Assembly (NCBI GenBank): GCA_964016885.1
Contig: CAXHJY010001152.1
Location: 84,841-148,840 of the forward strand
Length of the DNA: 64,000 bases
Reading direction: 5' to 3'
DNA from: Eledone cirrhosa
Taxonomy: Eukaryota
Made by a program: the position numbers and the translations under genes. The notes below the pieces were generated by a model. The model ran no database searches, was not told the DNA's origin, and saw only the letters and a program-made list of their open reading frames with translations. Positions within the stretch are counted from its first letter, which is position 1; each line of letters opens with the position of its first letter. Positions 1 to 16,935 of this stretch are shown here, in pieces.

Positions 1-59
<59 letters not shown>

Positions 60-159
60 CACACATATATATATATACATATATACATATATATATATAT
101 TTATATACATAGATATATATATTCATATATAAATCTATATATACACATACATAATATAT

Positions 160-228
<69 letters not shown>

Positions 229-237
229 TGCACATAC

Positions 238-268
<31 letters not shown>

Positions 269-619
269 CATATATACAGATATACAGATACACATATATA
301 TATATATATATATTCACACACACACACATATATATATATATACACATACATATGAAAAAGGAAAGCAAGAGGAAATTTATAATGTATAGGATAAACAAAA
401 CGAAACGTCGATAAGATACGGCCATTTTAAATCGTTGCTTTCTTGATTTTTCGCTCACTTTTCTATTTTTTCTACATATCATTTATATATTATTTTGGTT
501 ATTTTCTAATCTGTTTCGATTTAACATTCTTTGTGTATCTTATAGATTTATTTATATTGTTTAATAGTACTGATGGTATTGTTGGTGTTTTTGTCCTTCC
601 CCACGTAGCTCATGACGTG

Positions 620-689
<70 letters not shown>

Positions 690-775
690 CATATATATGT
701 ATATATATTCAGAATTGCTTTTTTATTCACACAGCTCGGCCATTATGGTTTTTTTCTCTCTTCACTTTGTGTCAG

Positions 776-845
<70 letters not shown>

Positions 846-1000
846 TGTGTATATATATTACCTCTTTTCCCATAATTCTTTGTTTGTTTGTGTAACGCCA
901 TCTTATGGCTTTTTAAAATTATTTTTATTATTGTTTTTCAGATTTATTTGCCACATACATACATATATATATATACAAATATATATAATATTCATATATA

Positions 1001-1039
<39 letters not shown>

Positions 1040-1056
1040 AATATATATAATATTCA

Positions 1057-1131
<75 letters not shown>

Positions 1132-1373
1132 TATATATATGTTTTTGCGTTAGACATCCTATGTGTATGTCCGCCTAATGGTAAATACACTGTTGTATGA
1201 TTTTATCGTATTTTTTGCATTGAAGCGAGAAGAAAAAGAGAGACAAAGAGAGTTAATTATGAGAAGGGAGACATGTTATGGTGACACACAATAGCTTGTA
1301 TTGACTAAATATCATGTTAGACATTTCCACAGATGCTTATCACTAAAATCTCCCCGTAAGCTTCATATCTATC

Positions 1374-1430
<57 letters not shown>

Positions 1431-1440
1431 TTATATATAT

Positions 1441-1496
<56 letters not shown>

Positions 1497-1537
1497 CTAC
1501 ATATATATCTACATATATCTATATATATATATACGTG

Positions 1538-1600
<63 letters not shown>

Positions 1601-1701
1601 TATCGGTATATGTATATACCCATCTTATTGATCTGTTTTTTTGCTATTTCTTCTGAAATCGCTAAGCTACAGACACAAACAATTATATACATACACACAC
1701 G

Positions 1702-1743
<42 letters not shown>

Positions 1744-1935
1744 GTATACATATATACAACAGTGACATAAACAGTATTTAATCTTGTTGAGTTAAACATC
1801 CAAACTCATTCAGTCTCTTGAATAAACAAAGTCGGCCTTTTTCGTATCATCTTACTCAACTCGTCCTATGGACTGAATACCCCTACACTTTGCTATTTCT
1901 AGCAAACCTATACTACAGTATATATACATACACAA

Positions 1936-1966
<31 letters not shown>

Positions 1967-1967
<1 letters not shown>

Positions 1968-2392
1968 CACTTTTGAGCTGACTTTTGGAATGCTCCCATA
2001 CAGCTCTGAGTTTTTCATCCTCAGTGTATACTGATTAATGTTCAGAGCCATCCTCAGCATTCTCGTGTAGCACCCATCCACCATCTGAGTGAGTGTCTTG
2101 GTCAGTGTCCAAGTCTCAGACCCATACAGCAGCACAGACTCCACTACAGTGACACAGAGGAGACTGAGGTTGGCTGGACATGCTCACCGACATCCAGAGT
2201 TGACATTGCACTCAGTGCTCCTTTTGGGAGCCCCTACATGGACACACTGGAAGAGGAAGACCAAGGTTTACGTATGTTGATGCCCTAAGGACAGACACTG
2301 GTCTGTTGGAGACGCAGGACATGGCAGCGATAATGAGGGACAGAGACGGCTGGAGAGAACTCGTCCATGGATCTCGGGAATTTTACCCGCCT
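1967..2392 (+). mobile_element. RTE-clade LINE 3' fragment with a 5' inversion, inserted in (TA)n
   Basis: The minus strand of 1967-2147 encodes ESVLLYGSETWTLTKTLTQMVDGCYTRMLRMALNI...PKVSSKV. The plus strand from 2148 continues TQRRLRLAGHAHRH, then after one frameshift [19 protein letters not shown]...[11 protein letters not shown]. These are typical RTE post-RT C-terminal motifs. Confidence 0.88.
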
Positions 2393-2403
2393 TATATATA
2401 TAT

Positions 2404-2829
<426 letters not shown>

Positions 2830-2841
2830 ATATAAATATAT

Positions 2842-3065
<224 letters not shown>

Positions 3066-3150
3066 TATATATATCGTAGGCTGTGTAGACGTTGTATTTC
3101 CCCAGTAGGCCATGGTAGTATTAAGTAATTGGGGATTGAGGTGCAAGCCT

Positions 3151-3196
<46 letters not shown>

Positions 3197-3245
3197 AACA
3201 CACACATATATATATATACATACACATAACATATATATATATGTA

Positions 3246-3290
<45 letters not shown>

Positions 3291-3314
3291 TAGGTTTGTT
3301 GGTTCATATTTCAA

Positions 3315-3372
3315 ATACCTGATGATATCACCGGATTCATATGGAACCCGGTCATTGAAATCATCATAGTAT
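3315..3372 (+). ncRNA. Degenerate type I hammerhead ribozyme
   Basis: ATAC-CTGATGA-[ACCGG/CCGGT stem II]-GAAA-TCATCA-TA-GTAT. Stem I is 4 bp and the base of stem II is mismatched. Confidence 0.5.
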
Positions 3373-3416
3373 AATAAACCTTTCAAGGATTTACACCAGT
3401 CCAGCCTGCTGTTCTG

Positions 3417-3453
<37 letters not shown>

Positions 3454-3538
3454 TATTTGCTCTACGGTTCTTATATATTTGATATATATTTTCCTTATCG
3501 AGCCCTCTTTGGATTTTAGTCGTCAATTTTATTATTAT

Positions 3539-3605
<67 letters not shown>

Positions 3606-4019
3606 CACATTTTGATCTGCTTAACTTCAAGAACTATGCCTGTAAATAACAATATTTCTTCTTCTTCCACATTGACTTTTTATGCTCTACATTATGTCCA
3701 TTTTCTTTTTCTTTTTTTCTTTTCACTTCATAAACCTTGTTTGTAAATAACATTATTCTTTCTGCCCCTCTCTTTAACATGTGCGACACCACACTAATAC
3801 ATTTCACTTGCTGAAACCGGTAATAGACAATTATTAAATATATAAATAGATAAATAAATGCCATTGTTAAATAATATATAAATCAACTAATACCTTAACA
3901 CTTCACACAAAGTAAAACATTTCGTTTTAATCATTTTCTAACCCAGAAAAGATAGAGAGAGAAACAAAAAAAGGAAACAAAAATATTTTTCTTCCTAATA
4001 ATCGTCTTTTTCTCCCTCT

Positions 4020-4094
<75 letters not shown>

Positions 4095-4580
4095 TTCACG
4101 GTATTTAATTGATCGCTTCTACTTGACTTAATATTTGAAAAAAAAACACACAGGTCACGCATCATGTCCCTTTCTTCTTTCTTTCTTTTTTATCTCTTTT
4201 CCTTATGCAGTTATATATTCTATCATCTCTATCTCCCTCTCTCTTCTTTTTATCCTTTTTCCCTTTTCTCTTCTATTTAGCACACACTCTCTCTTTTGTC
4301 TTCTTCTCTAACACGGATATTTACATATTTAAATATTTAACATTTATATAATGATGTGTTTATTTATTTATTTATTTATTCTATACTTTCTCCTACTCAC
4401 CCACTCCTAATACTTATATCTCACTACATATCCCTCTCCATCATATTTAGTTTGTCATACTTCTACTTGTGGTATATACTTATATTGAGTTTTGTTGTAA
4501 TAAATCACTGCCAAGACTGGAATTGAACCATCGACACAATTGAACCATCGACACAGTTGAGATATGTCATACATCAATTC

Positions 4581-4650
4581 ATGTATTTTATCTGATGAGG
4601 ACGTACTGAAAAAACAGCACAGTTCCTCCGAAATATCTATAATAAAACAT
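4581..4650 (+). ncRNA. Type I hammerhead ribozyme, Penelope-like minimal form
   Basis: TTTTAT-CTGATGA-GGA...TCC-GAAA-TATCTA-TA-ATAAAA. Intact core, 6-bp stem I, AUA cleavage triplet. Confidence 0.75.
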
Positions 4651-4767
4651 ATATTTTGATTATGTTAATGTCTCCATTTATTGAATAATCAATGAACCTT
4701 GTTTAACTTTTGGTTATATATATATGGTTAAAAAATGACAACACAAACACAGAGATGCTAGTACCAT

Positions 4768-4879
<112 letters not shown>

Positions 4880-5195
4880 AATTACACAAGTATCAAATTT
4901 ATGTTCAAATCATTTAATCGCTGACAATTGTTTCTTCCAAACTTTAGTTTGGAGTCATCGGAGCATTATCAATATTTGTACATATAATTAACCTCCTATT
5001 CAACTGAACAATCTTATAGATACATATATATTGATGTTGTAAAACACCTGATGTTCTATAATGCTCTGTAAAACACGTGATGTTCTTACATTGAGGTATT
5101 TCTCTTACTGGTAATAAGGTAGTAATAAATTACTGACCTTTCCTGTTCATAGTTATTTATAGTATAGTATATACATAATTATAAATAGTATTAAA

Positions 5196-5283
5196 TTTGC
5201 CTTTCATCCTTACGGGGTCGATAAAATAAAGTACCAGTAATGCACTGGGCAAGTGCTGGCCTTGTGCCAAAAGTAGAAACAAT

Positions 5284-5284
<1 letters not shown>
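5196..5284 (+). mobile_element. Family-S SINE 3' fragment
   Basis: tttgcctttcatccttacggggtcgataaaataaagtaccagtaatgcactggg...gtagaaacaatt. Confidence 0.8.
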
Positions 5285-5356
<72 letters not shown>

Positions 5357-5364
5357 ATTATATA

Positions 5365-5447
<83 letters not shown>

Positions 5448-5619
5448 TGACAGGCTGACATGGAAGGAATGAGAGAAGTGATTAAGAATTACTGAGGAGG
5501 CTTTGAAATGTTAAGATAATTGGATAGGTCTGGTGTTAATAATTTAAGTAGGGAAACGAGGGGCTTGTTGATGGTGATGGTGATGGTGATGGTTAGTGAG
5601 ATAACACCACTCTTTCTGT

Positions 5620-5654
<35 letters not shown>

Positions 5655-6129
5655 ATGGTGTTTAGGTCATTGATGGTGATGGTGATGATGATGGTGATGA
5701 TGGTGGTTTTAAATATTGGTGATAATGATGCTGGTGATAGTGGTGACGGTGGTGATGATGATGGCAATGATGATAGTGATGATGATGGTGGCGGTGATGG
5801 CTGTGGCGGTAATTACTGGTGATGATGGTAGTGGTAGTAGTTACTGGTGCTGATGGTGATGGTGATGGTGGTGGTGGTAATTACTGGTGATGATGAGGGT
5901 GATGATGGTAGTGGTAGTAGTTACTGGTGGTGATGGTGATGGTGGTGATGGTGGTGGTGGTAATTACTGGTGATGATGAGGGTGATGAGGGTGGTGATGG
6001 TGAAAATAAAATGTCTGCTTAACAAGAGACTCAAGTAGGAGAAAAACACTTTAAGTCTCATATATCAAAAATATTTTGTCAGTTTCCCAACCACAGCCGA
6101 ACTGGTGTTATGGCGACATACAGATTATA

Positions 6130-7890
6130 CCATGGTGGTGGTGGTGTAGTGGTGGTGCTGTGTGGTGGTCGTGGTGCTGTAGTTGGTTGTGGTGGTGGTG
6201 GTGGTGGTGGTGGTGGTGTTGATGGTGGTGGTGGTACTGTAGTCGGTTGTGGTGGTTGTGGTGGTGGTGGTGGGGGTGTTGGTGGTGGTGGTGGTGGTGT
6301 TGTAGTGGTCTTGGTGGTGGGGTGGTGTAGTGGTGGTGATGGCGGTGCTGATGGTGGTGGTCGTGGTGATGGTGGTGTAGTGGTAGTGGTGGTGGTGTTG
6401 ATGGTGGCGGTGGCGGTGGTGATGGTGGTGGTCGTGGTGAAGGTGGTGTAGTGGTAGTGGTGGTGGTGTTGATGGTGGCGGTGGCGGTGGTGATGGTGGT
6501 GTAGTGGTAGTGGTGGCGGTGTTGATGTTGGTGGTGGCGGTGGTGATGGTGGTGTAGTGGTAGTGGTGGTGGTGTTGATGGTGGTGGTGGTCGAGGGGTG
6601 ATAGTAGTGTAGTGGTGGTGTTGTAGTGGTCTTGGTAGTGGTGGAGGTGTAGTGGTGCAGTGCTAGTGGTGGTGGTGGTGGTGGGTGTAGTGGTGGTGGT
6701 GATGGTGGAGGCTGATGGTATGAATGGCAGTGTGGAGGTGTGAGTACGCTTTGAAGTTGTGGTGATTGTTTAGGATGCTGGCACTGTTGATGGTATAGTA
6801 TGGTGGTCTAGAGGTATGGAAACCATTTGCTGTTATGGTGGTGGTTGAGTAGGCAATGGCGATGGTTGTAGTGATGTTGATGGTTGTGGTTATGGTGATG
6901 TTGATGGTATAGGATTATAGTGTGTTCGTTCGCGTACCATGTATGGCATTGGTGGCTGATGGTGGTGGTGTAGTGTTGTGGCTGATGGTGGTGGTGTAGT
7001 GTTGCTGATGATGGTGTAGTGTTGCTGCTGATGATGATGGTGGTGTAGTGTTGCTGATGATGGTGGTGGTGTAGTGTTGCGGCTGATGGTGGTGGTGTAG
7101 TGTTGCTGATGATGGTGTAGTGTTGCTGCTGCTGATGGTGGTGGTGTAGTGCTGCTGATGATGGTGGTGGCGGTGTAGTGTTGCTGATGATGGTGGTGGT
7201 GTAGTGTTGCTGATGGTGGTGGTGGTGTAGTGTTGCTGATGGTGGTGGTGGTGTAGTGTTGCTGATGATGGTGGTGGTGTAGTGTTGCTGATGGTGGTGG
7301 TGGTGTAGTGTTGCTGATGATGGTGGTGGTGTAGTGTTGCTGATGATGGTGGTGGTGTAGTGTTGCTGATGGTGGTGGTGGTAGTGTATCCCCATCACCA
7401 CCACCACCAACAACCTCCACTACCAGCACCAACACCAACATCACTACACAACCACCACCACCGCCACTATTACCACTACCACCACCATCACCACAACCAC
7501 CACTACAACCATCACCACAACACAACCACCACTACCACCAACACTATTACCACTACCACCACCAAAACCACCACAACCACCACCACCACTACTACACAAC
7601 CACCAACACTACTACCACTACCACCACAACCACCACTACCACCACCACAACCACCACCTCCACAACCAACACCCCAACCACCACCACCACCACCACAACC
7701 ACCACCACCACAACCACCACCACAACCACCACAACCACCACAACTACCACCACCACCACAACCACCACCACCACAACCAACACCACAACCACCACCACCA
7801 CCACAACCACCACCACAACCACCACTACCACCACACCACCACCACTACCACCACACCACCACCACCACCACTACTACCACCTCCACTACC
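6130..7890. repeat. (GGT)n tract and GTAGTGTTGCTGATGGTG minisatellite abutting a (CCA)n tract
   Basis: The strand switch is at about 7385. Confidence 0.9.
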
Positions 7891-8166
7891 ATTCTATCCC
7901 TTTAATACTATAGTCTGCTTACGTAATTTTTTATGTTCTCATTAATTGAATTTTAATCATTAATGTCAAAGACGACGCCATATTTTAATCTGGTCGCCAT
8001 GTTTTAATCCTGTCGCCATGTTATTTAAGTGGTGAATAAGCTTTCAAGTGGGCGAGGCTTGGGCAAGATCATCGGCTTTTTACAAGTATTCTTTATATTT
8101 TACAGACCGTGTCATCTGGGGATATTTCACATCAAACGCAGACGTACATATACACACATGTGTATA

Positions 8167-8222
<56 letters not shown>

Positions 8223-8492
8223 GGAAAAAATCAAACGAAATTTCATTTCCCACTCTTAGTACGGCTGTTACTTAAATATAAGTATGTACACGTACATACA
8301 TATATGTATACAGACGTACAGTAGTATGTATATATATATATATATATATATATACATAGATGCACATATATATATATATGTACGTATGGATTCACCGAAC
8401 ATTTATTATAATGCTCGTACATAATAATACTGTACGTCTGTATACATATATGTATGTACGTGTGTTTATATATGTATATATGTACGTGTGTT

Positions 8493-8569
<77 letters not shown>

Positions 8570-8572
<3 letters not shown>

Positions 8573-8897
8573 GAGGTTATATTTAATTTGTTGGGATTCA
8601 ACAAGCTTAAACATTTTTATAACTGATATAAAGCACTCTACCGTTAGGTGGAGTATATATACAATATATTAACAAATGGAAACTGTATTTATAAAACCAT
8701 ATTTATTTTATAGACTCTCCAGGAGGCTCCAACCGGTAAGGTTGTCTTTTTTCAGGGTATGTCAATATTTATTTATAAAACAAATCTGTATTGTATTTTA
8801 TCTGATGAAAGCGCACCATAATTTGCCTTGGTGGGCCTTGGAATATGTATAATCAAATAAATATGGTTTTATAAATATAGTTTCCATTTGTTAATAT

Positions 8898-8906
<9 letters not shown>
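8570..8906. mobile_element. Family-1 hammerhead-bearing insert with inverted arms
   Basis: About 8655-8708 is an inverted repeat of about 8855-8906. A plus-strand hammerhead lies at 8794-8859 with GAAA mutated to GGAA. Homologous to 44612-45045 and 53343-53480 and flanked by (TA)n. Confidence 0.75.
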
Positions 8907-8947
<41 letters not shown>

Positions 8948-9074
8948 GTATGTATATATACATATATATATATATGTATATACATATATATATATATGTA
9001 TAGATATATGTATGTATATATACATATATATATGTATATATAGATATATGTATGTATATATACATATATATATG

Positions 9075-9116
<42 letters not shown>

Positions 9117-9340
9117 CGTGTGGTATCTATATCTGTATATATATATATATATATACACAGACATACACAAACACACACCATACACGTACATACATAAACA
9201 CACACACATATGTATGTGTGTATGTAAGATATGAACACATATGAACACTTATACACATATTTATGCTTATATAAATATATACAGATGTACAAACATACTT
9301 ATATACATATATAAATAAATATGTATACACACACAAACAC

Positions 9341-9375
<35 letters not shown>

Positions 9376-9539
9376 TATATTATGTGTATACAGGCGCAGT
9401 ATGTATGTAATCTCCTATTAGTAACGCCTCAGTTATGCGAGTCGTCACTTATGACATAAATTCTCTGACCCAAGACGGGAAACAAATTAGCTAGCAACGG
9501 ATTTAATCAGCATTATACAGAAAGCTACACGTGTTTGTG

Positions 9540-10020
9540 TGCTTAAGGGGTTCGTTTTTCAACCTCGAGGCCACGGGTTCAGTCCAGCTGTGCGTAACTT
9601 AGGGCAGGTGTTTTCATCTGTCTAAAGTGTGTATCGAGGCCCGGAGATCATTAGAACGGTGATTATCCCGGTTTCCTAGGAGGGACGCAACTGAGAGTAC
9701 ACGACAAGGGTCCCCCCTGGTTAGGACGCCAGTCCATCGCAGTGTTAAAATCTTTCTGGAGCCAGAATGCTTCTCAGGCCATTGCTTATCCGGGTTTTTC
9801 TGTAGCCTGAAACGCCAGTCCATCGCATTGTTAAAGACTTTCTCGAGTCCAGACACTTTTCAGGCCGAGGCTTATCATGGTTTTCGTGGCAGGAATCGAC
9901 TGAGAGTAGAAGAGACTCACTCCCTGGCTAGGACGCCAGGCCATTGCAGTATTAAACCCCAAGCTATTGCTGGTACTCATTATACGCGCGGTGTGAAGCG
10001 ACTGAGAGTAGACCACAAAC
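9540..10020. mobile_element. SINE head plus triplicated V-SINE-like core fragments
   Basis: B-box-like gggttcagtcc near 9575. Three imperfect copies of acgccagtccatcgca (reverse strand tgcgatggactggcgt) and repeated actgagagta. Confidence 0.45.
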
Positions 10021-10118
10021 TGATATTAATATATTTTTTTTATTGCAGCTTTATTTCTGTTCACCTTTTACACACACAGACACGCACCCACATATATATA
10101 TATATATATGTACATATA

Positions 10119-10219
<101 letters not shown>

Positions 10220-10739
10220 CAGCTGTTCACGTAATGATTGTCACATGGAATGAAAATTCTAAGTTTTATCTATACTTCATTGAAAGAGAAAATCACCTCT
10301 CGCTTTAACTCTCTCTCTATCTATTTATCTATCTATCTATCTCTATATCAGCCTGTAGGTTGAGGAAAAGGAGGAGGAGAGGAAAGGAGTACAAGCTCTT
10401 CGTACTCCTGGAGATGAGGGTTGCACATTTTTTTTCGGGGGTATGTGTTACCCATATAAACTGTCTCCCTCTATTGGGGAAAATCGACTAACTTTTAAAT
10501 TCCATCTGTGATAACATTTTACACGTTTTTATTGTATGTAAACTTCCCCCTTTGTATTTGTCCCCTTCTTTTGTGCCCCTGTGGCTAATAAAGAAATATA
10601 TCTATCTCTATCGATGTATTTATTAACGCTCTCCCTCTCTCTCTATCCACTATCCCTCTATTTATCTATCTCTCCATCTATCCATCCATATATCTATATC
10701 TATCCATCTATCTTCCTCTCTATCTCTCTCTCTATCTCC

Positions 10740-10818
<79 letters not shown>

Positions 10819-11149
10819 TATATATACAGGTGTGTATGTATGTCTGTGAGTGTATGTGTGTTTGTGTGTGTATGAATGAGAGTGTAAGTGTGTCCATCAA
10901 AGAAGTAAAACGGCCCCCCACAAAATATCTGCGATACTGGCGGGAAATTTAACAATGGCGTGAATTTGTGGACACAATTGAATTGGCGAGTGAAATGTCT
11001 GCTCCGCTGATTCTGTCGTTCCTGCGAGCTAACTGGGTTTCATTCATTTAGGAATGAAAGAAAGAAAAGAAACAAAGAATTCAAGGAGAAAGATTTTTTA
11101 AAAGTTATACAAGATGGTAATTGAAATATATATATATATATATACAGAC

Positions 11150-11220
<71 letters not shown>

Positions 11221-11238
11221 TATACAAGATGGTAATTG

Positions 11239-11287
<49 letters not shown>

Positions 11288-11319
11288 TAAGTAGATAGAT
11301 AGGTGAAAACACATATATA

Positions 11320-11399
<80 letters not shown>

Positions 11400-11426
11400 A
11401 AATATATATATATATAAATATATATA

Positions 11427-11493
<67 letters not shown>

Positions 11494-11570
11494 AAATAAA
11501 TATATATATATATAAATATATATATTTATATATTTATATATATATATATATATATAAATATATGTATAAA

Positions 11571-11621
<51 letters not shown>

Positions 11622-12405
11622 TTTATAATATAATATATACAGACACAGATAAATAGATAGTTAAACCACACATGCACATATACATACCACCACACACAAA
11701 CACATACATATATGTATGTGCATATACACACACACATAGACATTAATATATATATATATATATATATATATGTTATATAGACTGTTTTTGTAGACGTTAT
11801 TTGTTGTATTTGAATTTGTACATGTAACGCCAGTGGGGGGCAGATTTCCTGTGACGCTCTATTACATACATAATTATCTCCCCCTTGTCAACCTCAACTA
11901 GCAACAGCGAGATGTCGCTAGCGGTCAGGAGTGCTCCCTGTAAATCGAGTTATGGTATTAAGACGAACAACACCAGACGTCGCCACCATCAACCCTCAAC
12001 CATCCCCGCCATTTTCTTTCTCGTCTCTTTTCTCTGCTTCTTGTTGTTTTCTTCTTCTTCTTCTTCTTCTTTTTCTTCTTCTCGTCTCCTCCACCTCCTT
12101 CATCCACCACCTTCCCCTTCATTTCCGCAACTCCTCACCGTACCTCAGTCCTACGGAGAGATGTGCTGCGGCGCTGACGATGGAGGTAACGGCCCAGTCA
12201 CAACAAGAGTAGCTGTGGCTAAGTCTATTATGTTTCAACCCCACACCAACCCCAGGTCCACAGATGCACTTAAGAAGGAATTAACCAGTCTTCCTTAGCA
12301 TTCAGTCACCCATACAATCAACCCTTCTACCACCTCACTTGAATAACTAATTTGGCTCCTGCTTTTAGCTGAACAGACTGATTATATATATATCTATAAT
12401 ATGTG

Positions 12406-12511
<106 letters not shown>

Positions 12512-12516
12512 GTATA

Positions 12517-12580
<64 letters not shown>

Positions 12581-12586
12581 TGTATA

Positions 12587-12638
<52 letters not shown>

Positions 12639-12682
12639 ATGCATCTATATGTGTATATATATATATATATATATGTGTGTGC

Positions 12683-12723
<41 letters not shown>

Positions 12724-12747
12724 TATACATATATACATATATGTATA

Positions 12748-12816
<69 letters not shown>

Positions 12817-12821
12817 GTATA

Positions 12822-12907
<86 letters not shown>

Positions 12908-13014
12908 CACATATAGATGCATATATATATACATATATATATACACACACACATATATATATACTTATATATACATATATACAAATATATACACACACAA
13001 ACATACATACATAA

Positions 13015-13053
<39 letters not shown>

Positions 13054-13529
13054 AAAGCTATAATTTGCTTTGACTAGATGGCTGATGAGAAGAAGGTGTT
13101 CTTGAGGGGTTTTATATATTTGTTTAGTTTCTGTTGTTGTTATTGTTGTTTATTTGTTTGCTAAAAAGGGGCCTGATTTATTTGTTTATTATTTATTTTG
13201 TCTTTTAAAGTCCTACATTATATTTTGTTGCCGCCAGACGACGCAGCCATTTTGCTGTTATTTAAGATTTACGTTGCGTGCTTGGTATTGTTGTTGCTGT
13301 TGGTGTTGTTGTGGCTGTTGATGTTGTTGATGATGTTGTTCTGTGTGTTGTCGCTTGTCGTATTGATATAGAAGATATTGTTCGTGGGGGTGGTGATAGT
13401 GGTGGTAGTGGTGTTGGTGGTATTGGTGGTATTGCTAGTGGTGGTGTTGGTGGTGTTGGTGGTACTGGTGGTGGGGTTTGTGGTAAAGATGGTTCTATCT
13501 TCTTATTTACCTATCATATATTAAAATAT

Positions 13530-13564
<35 letters not shown>

Positions 13565-13614
13565 GCTACAGATACAGACATATAAGTATACTTATATAAA
13601 ATATAATATAATAT

Positions 13615-13744
13615 AATTGTTTCTACTTTAGGCACAAGGCCAGCAATTACCCAGTGCATTACTGGTACTTTATTTTATCAACCCCGTAAGGATGAAAGGC
13701 AAAGTCAACCCCGGCGGGATTTGAACTCAGATCGTAAAGGGACG

Positions 13745-13750
<6 letters not shown>
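13615..13750 (-). mobile_element. Family-S SINE, 5' truncated
   Basis: Near-exact reverse complement of about 23083-23220. Confidence 0.8.
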
Positions 13751-13812
<62 letters not shown>

Positions 13813-14374
13813 GTGTAAGCGTAAATAAATACTTGTGGGTGGAGAGAACATTTTATTTTCGTAGTGACTTCGAAGTTTCAGCTTACTAGTTTCATTTGCC
13901 AAACATATGAAGCAACTAAGCTGATAAATCGAAGTCACAACCATCGCTCTCTCTCTTTCTCTCTTTCTCTCTATGTCTCACTTTCTGCCTCTCGGTGTCT
14001 CTCCATCTCTCCCCTCTCTCTCTCTCTAACCTTCTGTCCCTCTCTCCTTCTATCTCTCTGGGGAGTTGATATTATTGATATACAATATACATAAGTTAGA
14101 GAAACATGATTATATTTTGCGTATACAGATGGATATATCAATTTTGCTCCGTACATCTCTATCTACTTGTTGAATAAAAATGTATGTTCGTTCGCCAAAA
14201 TCTCTGTGTAAGTCTCGTTCAATCTCGTCAGAGTTAATATGGTGATTGACATGAGAAAATTATTAATATAGAAAATGGTTTCCAAAAGAATTATTGTTGC
14301 ACTTATTGAAACATATTCCGTGTTTCAGTCGCCATTGAAAAGAACAGAGAGAGAAAGCTTTTACTGAAATTGCG

Positions 14375-14438
<64 letters not shown>

Positions 14439-14481
14439 TAATGTATACATATATATACATATATATATATATATATAATGT

Positions 14482-14542
<61 letters not shown>

Positions 14543-14613
14543 AATACACATATATATATATATATATAAATACATATATATATATATATAAATACATATA
14601 TATATATATATAA

Positions 14614-14672
<59 letters not shown>

Positions 14673-14838
14673 AATACACATATATATATATATATAAATA
14701 CATATATATATATATATATAAATACATATATATATATAAATACATATATATATATATATATAAATACATATATATATATATATAAATACATATATATATA
14801 TATATAAATACATATATATATATATATATAAATACATA

Positions 14839-14876
<38 letters not shown>

Positions 14877-14881
14877 AATAC

Positions 14882-14920
<39 letters not shown>

Positions 14921-14925
14921 AATAC

Positions 14926-14956
<31 letters not shown>

Positions 14957-14979
14957 AATACATATATATATATATATAA

Positions 14980-15082
<103 letters not shown>

Positions 15083-15137
15083 CATATATATATATATATA
15101 TATATAAATACATATATATATATATATATATATATAA

Positions 15138-15172
<35 letters not shown>

Positions 15173-15178
15173 CATATA

Positions 15179-15224
<46 letters not shown>

Positions 15225-15228
15225 CGCA

Positions 15229-15264
<36 letters not shown>

Positions 15265-15360
15265 TATATTTGATATAATGTATATACAGAAAAATATCTA
15301 AAAATCATACATGATTACAATTTATATATTGACACAAACACACACACACAAATATATATA

Positions 15361-15410
<50 letters not shown>

Positions 15411-15510
15411 TAGATAGATAGAGATAGAGAAAGAGAGAGAGGGAGATAGGGGGGGGGGGAGAAAGAGAGAGAAATACAAACAGATGAATTCATATATATA
15501 TATATAATAT

Positions 15511-15547
<37 letters not shown>

Positions 15548-15814
15548 GATATTATATATATATAATATCATATATAATTATATATGATTATATATAAATA
15601 TATAAATAATTATATAAGATTTAATATGCCTATATTGTGCATATATATACAGGAACATGCACACTGGAATACAGACGTGTATATATAGTCTTTATTTACT
15701 ACCATCTCAGAATCTTTATATACTATTTTTAGTGCACAAAGTCCACTGAGACTTAGACTAATCAATGTCACATTTTATACATATATATATATATACATAC
15801 ATACATACATGCAT

Positions 15815-15906
<92 letters not shown>

Positions 15907-16025
15907 TATATGTGTGTAGCTATACTTATATATAGATATATCTATATATGTATGAATTTAATTTACTTGAAGTAGATTAACTTATCTTCGTGTAATGCAA
16001 ATCTCGACTTCTGTATACATCGGAG

Positions 16026-16077
<52 letters not shown>

Positions 16078-16106
16078 TATTTATATATATACATATATAT
16101 CTATAT

Positions 16107-16181
<75 letters not shown>

Positions 16182-16252
16182 CATTTATATATGGTGGCAG
16201 CCAACTCGTTTTCGACTTTATATATATATTTACACACACATATATTTATATA

Positions 16253-16308
<56 letters not shown>

Positions 16309-16327
16309 CAGACATATACACCACCAG

Positions 16328-16523
<196 letters not shown>

Positions 16524-16610
16524 AGAAAATAGACAGATAAGTTTAAGTTCCATTTTGTGGCTTCACAAATTACATCAGAGCGTTTCACATTTCCAGTCTT
16601 CAGTCTAAAG

Positions 16611-16659
<49 letters not shown>

Positions 16660-16781
16660 TGAGTATGAAGGATTGACGTCTGAAGTTATACAACTCAAGT
16701 GCTTAAGAAACAAATTATTTTCAAATAACTACGGAAACTCGAAACCGTGCCTCACACTTCATGTATATCCCTATATTTACG

Positions 16782-16884
<103 letters not shown>

Positions 16885-16900
16885 ATATATATTTACGCAC

Positions 16901-16935
<35 letters not shown>

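Noticed and set aside
6808-7905. His-, Pro- and Thr-rich ORFs resembling structural proteins
   Set aside because: Minisatellite open in several frames on both strands, with no splice signals or signal peptide.
10330-10600. Possible LINE 3' UTR ending in aataaagaaata
   Set aside because: Single copy in the window with no coding remnant; it cannot be supported without a repeat library search.
11885-12298. 137-aa plus-strand ORF in a GC-richer island
   Set aside because: Non-ATG start, includes a (CTT)n tract, and has no recognisable domain.
16575-16606. Minus-strand CTGAAGA...GAAAC motif
   Set aside because: No stem II or convincing stem I.
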